A stretch of DNA of 44,359 nucleotides from Nitrososphaeria archaeon (GCA_029776125.1 JARVJS010000021.1:1-44359); one strand, 5' to 3'. Shown: positions 9,501-16,968, numbered from the stretch's first letter. Numbers and translations are program-made. Notes: generated by a model not told the origin, from the sequence alone.

Positions 9501-9720
9501 CATAAGTAGATATAAATATCGCAATCGCTCCTAAAACAATAACTGATAAAAACAAGCCATTGTAGGAAGCACTGCTAAATATTAAGCCTATTCTTTTCCA
9601 GGCGTTTACTGCAGCATCATACCCACCATAAGTAACATACTCCCACGTATCTGCTAAAGCTGTAGCAGGTAAAAACAAAATTAGAAAGATAACTATTTTA
9701 AAATATTTTAATCTTGCCAT
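6511..9720 (-). CDS. traG: F-type conjugative transfer protein TraG (mating-pair stabilisation / pilus assembly)
   Basis: 1069 aa. Polytopic N-terminal TraG_N-like half with several TM segments and a large soluble Gly/Ala-rich C-terminal half. Lies directly after traH, as in F/SXT. Confidence 0.8.
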   Translation of the reverse strand: MARLKYFKIVIFLILFLPATALADTWEYVTYGGYDAAVNAWKRIGLIFSSASYNGLFLSVIVLGAIAIFISTYVRILFGARTSAVSWSVPVLIGMVMYVTFISPKDTITIYDEKLNRGPYQVSNIPKIIAMSAGLLNKIEKGFIEIISTSSDPVSDYRLNSGATGWKLLEGVKGEEVLTPSQSATLKNFIKDCVFVELLRNGTPLSIDKIASGEQKYDYVISQSANPNIYTIVYPENSGAEGETKTCSEASSTVLTIMNTAASSTSNYVNSLCKSNGYTTPTAITNCKNLLSSVITSVWSSGTTNLFIAQKTMADIFQNVIINGSPNMAIASMATAQTQSQFIGLGIHANSWIPVLKESLTAVAISIAPVILLFVATPFVGRALSLTLGMFVWLALWGVIDAIIHSFGVDLAQQYSESLKTMGDDMGFVSMLGFPGYTGKIAATFGALRWSGLMLASVISGMLIKFGGTALAMLAGSIAGMPQSSGAAYGGSVLRNAHGVLQNEVMPTQTWASALVAAGGVSNLVSGLVQKQAGEMAGGASFGNRLGVSRIARATEGQLLSGAHGGEGALNAINQFGYETAVLSSQNHHARLIGHGSGYEDMGTAFKVGSAGAQSEIGTVQGKQIIADSLGQSLKEYAEFEAKGRILDQKMADRLNQRYNTDVFKTGMRLDYGTDGQGNFFIKATKSDPFVKENIDISGSGIRIEKTVNDLMVSGNRFTGSMNTIRSWDGKEFTSLQGTFTDSNGVTRYGNAYLDTNGNLVFFDSKSGINMQDSMRHSQMLTLSGEQLKPIVEQLRAAGPQFKNTADGIEKAMKEGRAVAFLIERDPTTGQIATIHAGTGGTFKQEDFRTNQKGWENITKAVSKGEFGSHNTYYHGSEDHHYGTRVNIGSELPYIVTTGDWRPLQEKYSDMWYNPMMGKQVAIKAADSVGIFGKFEQLTKDSAAIGHQLRTKNTLLKFLSAGGLDYQAYLKGERSAIEQVNANTLALGITKRYEQIQADRNLTIEQKNKLFAQELHALYKELEFYGGASTLQQLEMGANNPYKGQRIPEPKGYDPTTAGDAHGQVAPFR

Positions 9721-9738
9721 AGCCTTTTCTTTGAACTA

Positions 9739-11142
9739 TTACTTAAATGCCCTTGCAGCAATGCCTGCTCCAAACTTTTCAGATAGTTTTTTGTCAACAA
9801 TCTCTTCAAATTTTTGATAAATAGCTACAATCTCAACAACAGACTTAGCTTCGTTTAAACTTTGTAAATATACTGAATTCAAAGCTGAAAAACCTTCCTG
9901 CATTCTTGCTAAAAGTTCAGTCATTTTTGCTTTAATTGTATCTACATTACACGTGTCATTTGGGTTACTTGGATTGTTTGTTTTTTCTGCAGTTGCCTGT
10001 ATTGTCTCTAATACTTGTTTTAGATACATGTAAATATCAAGATACGCCTGATAAAGCATTCCCTTTGCTATCGGGTCTGCCATTACGGGTATAACTGTAG
10101 AGTCTCCTGTTACTGCTGCGTATCTTAATAGTTTATAAACAGGTAAAGGAGATGCCTGCATCAGTTTTTCTTCCTCTTGTGAATAACTGTCTGACTTACT
10201 TTTTATTCTATTAAAAGCATCAACCATAACGCTTGCTACTTTATTCGTTAAAGAATTTGCATTATCTTCAGTACACGAATCGTTATATCCTGTTTTTTTA
10301 AAAATTCTTCCTTCTTTAAAGGACTGAAAAACATTCTGAGTACAAGAGGGGGTGATACTTGGGTAATAAGAACTTGAACCAACCTTTATATAAAGGTCTC
10401 CAATCATTCCTCTTATAATCGGTGCTAATTCAGCTGGTTTGCCTGTTTTGTTTATTGCGTATAAAATTGCTCCACTACTTGAAGCCCCTGTGATAAAAGC
10501 TTGTAAATCTGATGAACATCCTTTTATTTGGTCATTAACACTTGGTTGAGATCCATCTATTGTTTCTACTTTGTCTCCTTTAGGTTTTATCGCATTCCAC
10601 AAATCCGTAATTCCTGTTGATTTTAACGCTGTTTCTGCAGCGTTAACAAACTGTGCCCCTGCAGTGTCATCTTTTATTGCTATTGTCGTAAAGGGTTTAA
10701 GAACTGAACATTCATTAAGCTGTAATTGGTTTAACAAATTGACAATTTTTTCTATGTCTTTAGTTTCAATACCTAACTGTGCACTTAGCGTATTTAACGC
10801 TATTTGAAAAGCTACTGCAGGTGCTGCCTGTATAAGCCTCTGAAATTTTTGAACAAGATAATCAAAATTGGTAAAACCAAAACCGCCAAAAAACATATCT
10901 ATACCACCACATCCTCCTTTAAGCCTTGGCAACTCTATGCTTAGCAAATAATCAGTAGAAGTTGGTATTCTTGCACTAAAAGAACCTGCTGTAAAGTATC
11001 CACGCTTCTGTCCTTCAAAATAGTTAGGAGATGTTGAAACTTTTTGGTCAAACCAATTATCAAGCCAACCACTGTAAACAAAGGGAGGAAAAACTAAAAA
11101 CATAGTAAGAACAATTACAAGCAAACCCCTAATTAATGCCAT
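9739..11142 (-). CDS. traH: F-type conjugative transfer protein TraH
   Basis: 467 aa. Signal peptide and the block LPRLKGGCGGIDMFFGGFGFTNFDYLV, typical of TraH. SD GAGGTGA. Confidence 0.85.
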   Translation of the reverse strand: MALIRGLLVIVLTMFLVFPPFVYSGWLDNWFDQKVSTSPNYFEGQKRGYFTAGSFSARIPTSTDYLLSIELPRLKGGCGGIDMFFGGFGFTNFDYLVQKFQRLIQAAPAVAFQIALNTLSAQLGIETKDIEKIVNLLNQLQLNECSVLKPFTTIAIKDDTAGAQFVNAAETALKSTGITDLWNAIKPKGDKVETIDGSQPSVNDQIKGCSSDLQAFITGASSSGAILYAINKTGKPAELAPIIRGMIGDLYIKVGSSSYYPSITPSCTQNVFQSFKEGRIFKKTGYNDSCTEDNANSLTNKVASVMVDAFNRIKSKSDSYSQEEEKLMQASPLPVYKLLRYAAVTGDSTVIPVMADPIAKGMLYQAYLDIYMYLKQVLETIQATAEKTNNPSNPNDTCNVDTIKAKMTELLARMQEGFSALNSVYLQSLNEAKSVVEIVAIYQKFEEIVDKKLSEKFGAGIAARAFK

Positions 11143-11160
11143 GGCATCACCTCAAAAAAA

Positions 11161-11196
11161 TATATATAGAGAGATATGCATATCTCTCTATATATA
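11161..11196. repeat. 36-bp perfect palindrome TATATATAGAGAGATATG|CATATCTCTCTATATATA
   Basis: Read directly. The right arm is the -10/start-proximal part of motif copy 4 and the left arm is its mirror image. A T7 run follows on the minus strand, then the traH SD. Confidence 0.9.
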
Positions 11197-11238
11197 GGGT
11201 ACCTCAGAGTATCCTTATTGGATAAGGACTTTTGAAAA
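11184..11238 (-). promoter_or_regulatory. Element promoter-like motif, copy 4 (class B with dyad operator)
   Basis: Transcribed strand reads TTTTCAAAAGTCCTTATCCAATAAGGATACTCTGAGGTACCCTATATATAGAGAG. It begins 1 nt after the traV stop and sits 41 nt upstream of the traH ATG. Confidence 0.65.
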
Positions 11239-11682
11239 TCAATCTTGAGGCATGCTTGTTAGATTCTGCAGTATCCATTGTGGTTCTTCTACTAAAACAT
11301 AAACATACCTTGCAGAATAAAATTCTTTACCATTTTCTCCTTGGTAAGGGAGTATCATAACCCTTACAATTTTGGGTGGTGCTAAAATAGGAGATTTTGG
11401 ATCTTTAAGTAACTGTGATAACTTATTAAACAAAGCATCCTTGTATACGTCCTCTACAGGAGCAAAATCCTGTTTCAAAAGATCATTTCTTTCTGTTCTT
11501 TCGTTTAGTGTAATTTTGTAATTTTGTACCGACTCTTGATATGCTTGCTGAATTGGAACGCACTTGCCCTGCTCAGAAATAGGACAAGTAAAATTTTCGC
11601 TGTAAGGATTCATAGTTGAAGCACAACCAAAAGCTGTTAATGATGCCAATCCTAATAAAAACTTAGATATTTTTTTAACCAT
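11239..11682 (-). CDS. traV: F-type lipoprotein TraV
   Basis: 147 aa. Lipobox LTAFGCAS, then SENFTCPISEQGKCVPIQQAYQ, which resembles the paired-Cys N-terminus of F TraV. Position after traB. Confidence 0.65.
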   Translation of the reverse strand: MVKKISKFLLGLASLTAFGCASTMNPYSENFTCPISEQGKCVPIQQAYQESVQNYKITLNERTERNDLLKQDFAPVEDVYKDALFNKLSQLLKDPKSPILAPPKIVRVMILPYQGENGKEFYSARYVYVLVEEPQWILQNLTSMPQD

Positions 11683-11697
11683 TTTTCCTCCTCTTTT

Positions 11698-12900
11698 TTA
11701 GTCTTTGAAATGATATTCTCTGATTTCTAACTCTACTCCTTCACTAACAACTAAAGTTACAGTCCTTGTTGCCTGTATTTCTACAATAGGTATTGTCTGC
11801 TGTGCAAGTTCAAGATAAAATTTCTGTATGTTCTGTGCTGCCTGCTGTATTCCTGCACCAACTGCTGCTTGAGCAAGTTTTCCAGTATCTATTGTAGACA
11901 CAGTCCCTGAACCCGTTATATTGTATGTATATGCTTGAGTTCCTGCTACTTGACCAAGCCCACCAAAAAATCCTGCAATTAATGACCTTACAATATGAGA
12001 TCCCATTTTAGATACTACTCTTCCACGAAGTCCAATCTTACCATCATTGTCTACCACAAATCCTTTTATTTTTTGGTCAATTACTGCATTACCTTTTTTA
12101 TCAATACAACTTATTGACACCAGTCTTAGATGAGCCCTCTCGTCCGCCAAGTTGCCCAGTCCCTCTGCTATCACGAAGCACCCCTTGAGGTTTGCCTTCA
12201 CTTGATTTGGAAGCACTGCTGGTGCTTTTATCCTGAACAATGCCGGCATCGGGTTGTGATCCCCCTTTGACACTGCTGGTGCATCTAAGCCTGAAAGTAG
12301 GGTCGCCTCCATAAAAGAAGTTGGCAAATAATACTTTTTTTTTACTTCCTTCTTGTCTTGCTCCTGTTGTTTCTGTTGTATCTGTTGAGAAACCATTCCT
12401 ATTCCTCCTATTACCTCTACTTTCTCCTGCGGCGGAGCAGGTGGATAACCAGGTTGTCCTGCAGGCACAGGCGTTTGTCCTGCAGGCACAGGAGGAGGTG
12501 GAGTTGCAGGCATTTGTGCTTTTAATGCTTTTTCTTTCTCTTCTTTTTCTTTCTTAGCTTTTTCTTCTTCTGCCTTACGTTTTGCTTCTTCTTCAGCCCT
12601 TCGTTTTTCCTCTTGCATCTGTTTTATCTGTTCTTGTAATTCTCTTATTTGTTTCTGGCTCTCTGCATATTGAGTTTTTTGTAAAACTCCTGCATCAATT
12701 TTTATCTCTTCCTGTTTAGCTACTTCTTGCTTCTGAGAATCTACTTTTTTACCTGACCTTGAAAAATAATATCCAAACACAGATATAACAATTATCAAAA
12801 TAGCAACAATTGCAATTACTACTTTCCTTTTTTGTTGAGGTTCTAATTTATCAAACCATGCTTTACCTTTTTCCATTAAAACGTTCTTCTTTTTTTCCAC
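11698..12900 (-). CDS. traB: F-type TraB (VirB10-like)
   Basis: 400 aa. N-terminal TM, Lys/Glu coiled coil, Pro-rich linker (PATPPPPVPAGQTPVPAGQP) and a C-terminal beta-rich VirB10/TrbI-like domain. Position traK-traB-traV. Confidence 0.8.
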   Translation of the reverse strand: MEKKKNVLMEKGKAWFDKLEPQQKRKVVIAIVAILIIVISVFGYYFSRSGKKVDSQKQEVAKQEEIKIDAGVLQKTQYAESQKQIRELQEQIKQMQEEKRRAEEEAKRKAEEEKAKKEKEEKEKALKAQMPATPPPPVPAGQTPVPAGQPGYPPAPPQEKVEVIGGIGMVSQQIQQKQQEQDKKEVKKKYYLPTSFMEATLLSGLDAPAVSKGDHNPMPALFRIKAPAVLPNQVKANLKGCFVIAEGLGNLADERAHLRLVSISCIDKKGNAVIDQKIKGFVVDNDGKIGLRGRVVSKMGSHIVRSLIAGFFGGLGQVAGTQAYTYNITGSGTVSTIDTGKLAQAAVGAGIQQAAQNIQKFYLELAQQTIPIVEIQATRTVTLVVSEGVELEIREYHFKD

Positions 12901-12904
12901 TATA

Positions 12905-14308
12905 CTACCCCCTTGCTCTTTCTACAATTAAAAGTACGGCTCTTTCATTAAGATTTAATTTCAGTTTGTCCAAGCTAATTGCTAGAGGATTTTGGGTAAT
13001 TTCTTTCCTTAAAAAGTCCTTTTCTCTTATTTCAATCTCTGACTTTTTCCCGGTAACGTAAAAAAATCTTATAACTATTCCTTCCCCTTCAATAACATAT
13101 ATGCCCTTCTCTGTAATGTCTATGTCCCGATACAAAGAATAAGACAAATTTTTATTAATAAAAGTTGTCTCAGGTGGAATTTGCCCTGACATAAAAGCTT
13201 TTACATAATTAACAATTTTCTTTTCATAGGGCATTGAATTGTTTTTTTCTAAAATTTCTTTTATTTTTGATTCCTTATCCTCTAAGTAAACTGTTACCGA
13301 AGGAATTCTTTCAGGTATTCCTATTAAGTTGTAAACTTTATTGCCACAAACAATATACATGTCTACAGGAATTTTGGAATATATTTCTTTTTCTCCCATT
13401 CTTTTAATCACAAACTTTACAAAAGCATTTGTCCCGCTTATTTTAACCTGAACTCCCTTTTCCTCAGAGAAAACTACATCTTTTATGTCTGTTGAACAAA
13501 CTATCCTATTTATGTCTGATGAAGACATTTTTACTGCTGTCATCTTCTCTGGTGCTACTATATAACTGTTACTTGCTAATCCAAATGGTTGTTTATCTTC
13601 CACAACAACATTCTCTTGAAAAGTTTTATTTTCATAATCAGTGCTTACTTCAACTCCCTTTAACAACTGATCAATTGTAATTTCTTTCTTTGTTGTCTGT
13701 GCTTTATTCGTATCTTGCGACACGTTTTTAGTTTCTTTAATACTAGAAACACTAGGCACAAATCCAACTCCTGACATACCAAACACTTTGCTTTTCTGCT
13801 GAGCCTCTAGAGAGTTTACCTTTTTCTGAACGCTCTGTGGATTTATTGTCTCAGACATGTTTTTTACTTTCGGCTCATTTTTAACCTCTGCTTGTTTACC
13901 ACTACTAGAAACAACTCCAGAAGGACTTAATGGGCAAGCACCGCTTTGAACAACAGCAGGAGCACATGATCCAATAGAAGCACTGTTTGTTATTTTTTCT
14001 GATACAGGAATAACACTGTTGTTTTTATCTACTTTTGCCTGATTGTCAACAGCAACAAACATTGACATATGTACCCATCCTATAATTCCTGAAGAACTTT
14101 TTATTTTCATCCATCTCCCTGATTGCTCTATTTCCTCTACAATAATGTCTTTTTTTAGATAAGAAACGACTTGAGATGAAGCATCTGGTTCTTTTCTTAT
14201 TGTTACATTGCCTGTGGTTTTCCACAAATCGCCCGTCTTTGCGTAAACAAAACTCGTTGTAATACAAAAAATAAACAAACAAATTAAGATTAATCTTATT
14301 TTTCCCAT
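12905..14308 (-). CDS. traK: F-type TraK (secretin-like core) with N-terminal SH3b domain
   Basis: The C-terminal part (SSDINRIVCSTDIKDVVFSEEKGVQVKISGTNAFVKF ...) is TraK-like. Residues about 38-97 of the long ORF (GNVTIRKEPDASSQVVSYLKKDIIVEEIEQSGRWMKIKSSSGIIGWVHMSMF) fit bacterial SH3_3. The ORF is open to 14347. I favour the ATG at 14308 (SD AAGGAGA, signal peptide MGKIRLILICLFIF). Confidence 0.75.
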   Translation of the reverse strand: MGKIRLILICLFIFCITTSFVYAKTGDLWKTTGNVTIRKEPDASSQVVSYLKKDIIVEEIEQSGRWMKIKSSSGIIGWVHMSMFVAVDNQAKVDKNNSVIPVSEKITNSASIGSCAPAVVQSGACPLSPSGVVSSSGKQAEVKNEPKVKNMSETINPQSVQKKVNSLEAQQKSKVFGMSGVGFVPSVSSIKETKNVSQDTNKAQTTKKEITIDQLLKGVEVSTDYENKTFQENVVVEDKQPFGLASNSYIVAPEKMTAVKMSSSDINRIVCSTDIKDVVFSEEKGVQVKISGTNAFVKFVIKRMGEKEIYSKIPVDMYIVCGNKVYNLIGIPERIPSVTVYLEDKESKIKEILEKNNSMPYEKKIVNYVKAFMSGQIPPETTFINKNLSYSLYRDIDITEKGIYVIEGEGIVIRFFYVTGKKSEIEIREKDFLRKEITQNPLAISLDKLKLNLNERAVLLIVERARG

Positions 14309-14309
14309 T

Positions 14310-14876
14310 TTATTCTCCTTGTTTATATTCGTTGAATTCAACAACATAAAACATCCCGTTGTCTATTTTATATTTCAATATGTATCTTTTATTCTCGTTT
14401 GTAATAAACTGCTTGTCCTGAGTCCACTGATTTAGTAAACCAGTTGTTATAATCGTATTGTTTTTCTTATCTACTTTTATGCTTGTTATGTAATACGCTG
14501 ATGACACATTTCCTGTTTCTATTTTATCTGCTAAGGAATAAAAAACATCTTTGTAAGAAATAAACGTTGAAGGAGCTACCATCTTTAAAAAATCGTTAAA
14601 CTGAGCTCTTGCAACAGAAGGATTGTAGTTTAAAACAAGCATAGATACATACCTTACCATAGCTTTTAAATATTCATCCGATGCGTCTGAGCCTCCTACA
14701 TACATTTGTGTATTCATAGCAGGAGGAACAAGAATAACTTTCTGCTTGCCAATTAAACTGTAAGTAACTAAACCATTAACAACCAATAGCACGACAAGCA
14801 TTATTACTACAAATTTTAATAATCTTGCTCCATAAATGTAATTTGCCTTTTCCTCAAAATATTTTTTTATTTCCAT
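14310..14876 (-). CDS. traE: F-type TraE
   Basis: 188 aa. Single N-terminal TM and blocks collinear with F TraE (VILVPP ... SDASDEYLKAMVRYVSMLVLNY ... SSAYYITSIKVD). Confidence 0.85.
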   Translation of the reverse strand: MEIKKYFEEKANYIYGARLLKFVVIMLVVLLVVNGLVTYSLIGKQKVILVPPAMNTQMYVGGSDASDEYLKAMVRYVSMLVLNYNPSVARAQFNDFLKMVAPSTFISYKDVFYSLADKIETGNVSSAYYITSIKVDKKNNTIITTGLLNQWTQDKQFITNENKRYILKYKIDNGMFYVVEFNEYKQGE

Positions 14877-15033
14877 TTTTCAACTCCCTTTCTTTGAAGT
14901 ACTTTATTATATGTTCTATTACTTGCCCGTTATTTTTTATGTCTAAATTTAGTTTTATCAATAAATAGGCTTTAATTTTTTTAAGCTCTTTATAAATTTC
15001 AGAAGTTACCATTATGCTATGCCTTCTTTGCAT
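14854..15033 (-). CDS. Small ribbon-helix-helix-like protein (59 aa), not in the supplied ORF track
   Basis: My hand translation: MQRRHSIMVTSEIYKELKKIKAYLLIKLNLDIKNNGQVIEHIIKYFKERELKNGNKKIF. SD AAAGGAG lies 7 nt before the ATG at 15033. It fills an otherwise empty 194-bp traL-traE gap and overlaps the traE start by 23 nt. The strand-helix-helix pattern is typical of CopG/Arc/TraY. Confidence 0.45.
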   Translation of the reverse strand: MQRRHSIMVTSEIYKELKKIKAYLLIKLNLDIKNNGQVIEHIIKYFKERELKNGNKKIF

Positions 15034-15070
15034 TCTTTTTCTCCTTTGAATTCATTAATTACAAAAAAAA

Positions 15071-15337
15071 TTATTCATTAAAAGTTTTCTCAAAAAATAA
15101 AGGTGCACCTTTGAACCGAATTATCCCCAACTTATACAGGTAATGCTTTAAGAAGCCTCTTGGGTATTTCTTTTTGCCTTTAAAATACAAAAAAGGAATA
15201 AAGAATAGTAAAAACCAAAAAATATACCCAAAAGTTAGTGCGAAAAATAAAAGAACTATTATCATTGCAAATTCATCTGCATCCATAAATAAAACTTGAT
15301 GAGGTTTGTGTAGATATTGTGGTATTCTATACTTCAA
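15071..15337 (-). CDS. traL: F-type TraL
   Basis: 88 aa. TTG start with SD AAGGAGG. KYRIPQYLHKPHQVLFMDADEF is collinear with F TraL (KYRFPETL ... GLPLDEL), followed by TM segments and a KGKKKYPRGFLKH block. Confidence 0.8.
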   Translation of the reverse strand: MKYRIPQYLHKPHQVLFMDADEFAMIIVLLFFALTFGYIFWFLLFFIPFLYFKGKKKYPRGFLKHYLYKLGIIRFKGAPLFFEKTFNE

Positions 15338-15367
15338 CTTTTACTGCCTCCTTGGTTATTTTCTACT

Positions 15368-15400
15368 CTTCTATACATAGGGTACATGGATGTATCAAAG
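15368..15400 (-). promoter_or_regulatory. Element promoter-like motif, copy 5 (class A, variant -10 TATGTATAG)
   Basis: Transcribed strand reads CTTTGATACATCCATGTACCCTATGTATAGAAG. It lies between the pilin terminator hairpin and traL, 30 nt upstream of the traL start. Confidence 0.6.
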
Positions 15401-15408
15401 TGAAACTT

Positions 15409-15435
15409 CTTAGAGGCGGAATACCCGCCTCTAAG
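15409..15435 (-). terminator. GC-rich hairpin 2 nt after the pilin stop (CTTAGAGGCGG-loop-CCGCCTCTAAG)
   Basis: 11-bp perfect stem with a 5-nt loop. On the minus strand it is followed by AAGTTTCACTTT, which is only partly U-rich. Confidence 0.6.
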
Positions 15436-15437
15436 CT

Positions 15438-15812
15438 TTAAAACAGTAAACCTAATGTTTCTGTAATTGCGTCAGCCTTAAGCAATGCCGCACCACCAAT
15501 AATTGCAGGAACCGCTGCCATAATTCTGCCGGTTATTGCAGAGACTGCTCCAAGAACTATTGCAGATGCCCCACACACGAAACCAATAGGTCCTTTAAGA
15601 ATTTTGTTTACTGCAATATCATAAACATCATAAGCAAAAGAACCTGAAGCAGGTGCAGTTACTGCATAAACAGCAGGAGCCAAAATCATAACCGCCCACA
15701 TAGCAATCATTGCCATGAAAAGAACCTTTGTCCTTTCCATCTTAAACCCTCCTTTTTGTTTGGTTTTTAGTCTTATATACAACTTTTTTCTGCCACTAAG
15801 GCATTCTATCAA
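15438..15812 (-). CDS. traA: Conjugative propilin, TraA/TrhA-like
   Basis: Long form is 124 aa (TTG at 15812, SD AAGGAGGTGA). The alternative ATG at 15743 (SD AAGGAGGG) gives 102 aa. Predicted cleavage after AVYA leaves about 74 aa with two hydrophobic helices. That resembles F propilin (51-aa leader plus 70 aa). Confidence 0.65.
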   Translation of the reverse strand: MIECLSGRKKLYIRLKTKQKGGFKMERTKVLFMAMIAMWAVMILAPAVYAVTAPASGSFAYDVYDIAVNKILKGPIGFVCGASAIVLGAVSAITGRIMAAVPAIIGGAALLKADAITETLGLLF

Positions 15813-15848
15813 CTATCTATCACCTCCTTTTTATGCTGAAATTTATAT

Positions 15849-15904
15849 CTCTCTATATATAGGGTACTTTCAAGTATCCTTATTAGATAAGGACTTTTGA
15901 AAAG
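15849..15904 (-). promoter_or_regulatory. Element promoter-like motif, copy 6 (class B)
   Basis: Transcribed strand reads CCTTTTCAAAAGTCCTTATCTAATAAGGATACTTGAAAGTACCCTATATATAGAGAG. It lies directly after the stop of the 95-aa gene and upstream of the pilin gene. Confidence 0.65.
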
Positions 15905-15905
15905 G

Positions 15906-16193
15906 TTATTTTTTTATGTTTGAATTAATGAAATTTCTTAAAGCTTCCAGATATTCTTTTGAACTTACAGGGTTTGGATTTTTGTGTGAAGAACCTACTT
16001 CTGTTAATTTAGAAGGTTTGTGAACTGTTATTACAAAAGTTTCAGTGTAAGCGTATTTCACGAACTGGTCGCTATACTGATATGGTAAGAAATGGATATC
16101 TAAAAAAGCACCTTCTTGAGCATTAACAACGCATGTAGACGATATTAATAGAAAAACTAAAAATACTAAAAACTGTAAAAAAATTTTTTTCAT
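15906..16193 (-). CDS. Small secreted hypothetical protein
   Basis: 95 aa. Signal peptide MKKIFLQFLVFLVFLLISSTCVVNA. SD GGAGGAAAT. Last gene of the long dsbC-to-trbC unit. Confidence 0.5.
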   Translation of the reverse strand: MKKIFLQFLVFLVFLLISSTCVVNAQEGAFLDIHFLPYQYSDQFVKYAYTETFVITVHKPSKLTEVGSSHKNPNPVSSKEYLEALRNFINSNIKK

Positions 16194-16212
16194 ATTTCCT
16201 CCTTATTGCTTT

Positions 16213-16968
16213 TCAAAAAAACTTTTTTCCTGATTTTTCTTCTATTAACTTTAAGTGATACTCAAGAGGGACGTCTCCATAGGAAACCCAAAAATTGCTA
16301 ACCTTAACGGAGTCAAGACCTTCAGAACCTAACAATTCATTTTTTAGCCCCTTTACATATACAACCGCAGGAACTGCGTTAATGTTATACTTAGAGAAAA
16401 GAAACGGATCTACGATAAACTTCACAGGATACAACTCGCAATCTAAAGAGTTACAATACTCATCCTTTTTTATGTTGTTGTATATCCACCTAACAGTTGG
16501 TGTCATCCGAGATATTCCACTTATAAATCCTCTTAAAACAAAGTAAATGTTAGATTCGTTCATTTTAGCAACCCTCTGAACATACTTTTTTAATGTATAC
16601 TCTGGAATAGACGAAGAAACAAATATATATATTCTCTCATCAGAGTTTAATACGCTTTTCTTAACCTTATACTGAGAGTAGTACTTGTCAAAAACGTTCT
16701 CTGACTCATTTAACTTGGAGTTTATTATCTGTTCGAGGTTTTTCCTGTGCTCTTGAACTGCATTTAAAAATTCCTCAGATAAAGTATATTCATAAATGTT
16801 TCGTGCTGCCTCTGATGCCCTTTCGTCCTTTTCAAAACTTGGAACTTTCATTTCCTGTGCTCTTTTGGTAACCCCCTCTATATCCTGTTCAAGAGTTTTT
16901 TGTTCCGCAGAGCACAGTAATGAACTTGCCAAATAAAATATTATGGAAATGAATATCCTAAACAACAT
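16213..16968 (-). CDS. trbC: F-type pilus assembly protein TrbC
   Basis: 251 aa. Signal peptide. IYIFVSSSIPEYTLKKYV ... YFVLRGF ... IVDPFLFSKYNINAVPAVVY is collinear with TrbC family blocks. Confidence 0.75.
   Translation of the reverse strand: MLFRIFISIIFYLASSLLCSAEQKTLEQDIEGVTKRAQEMKVPSFEKDERASEAARNIYEYTLSEEFLNAVQEHRKNLEQIINSKLNESENVFDKYYSQYKVKKSVLNSDERIYIFVSSSIPEYTLKKYVQRVAKMNESNIYFVLRGFISGISRMTPTVRWIYNNIKKDEYCNSLDCELYPVKFIVDPFLFSKYNINAVPAVVYVKGLKNELLGSEGLDSVKVSNFWVSYGDVPLEYHLKLIEEKSGKKFF

Noticed and set aside
12451-12495. Tandem 21-nt repeat (TGTCCTGCAGGCACAGG twice) in traB
   Set aside because: It encodes the duplicated PVPAGQ(T/P) in the Pro-rich linker typical of VirB10/TraB proteins, so it is not a regulatory repeat.
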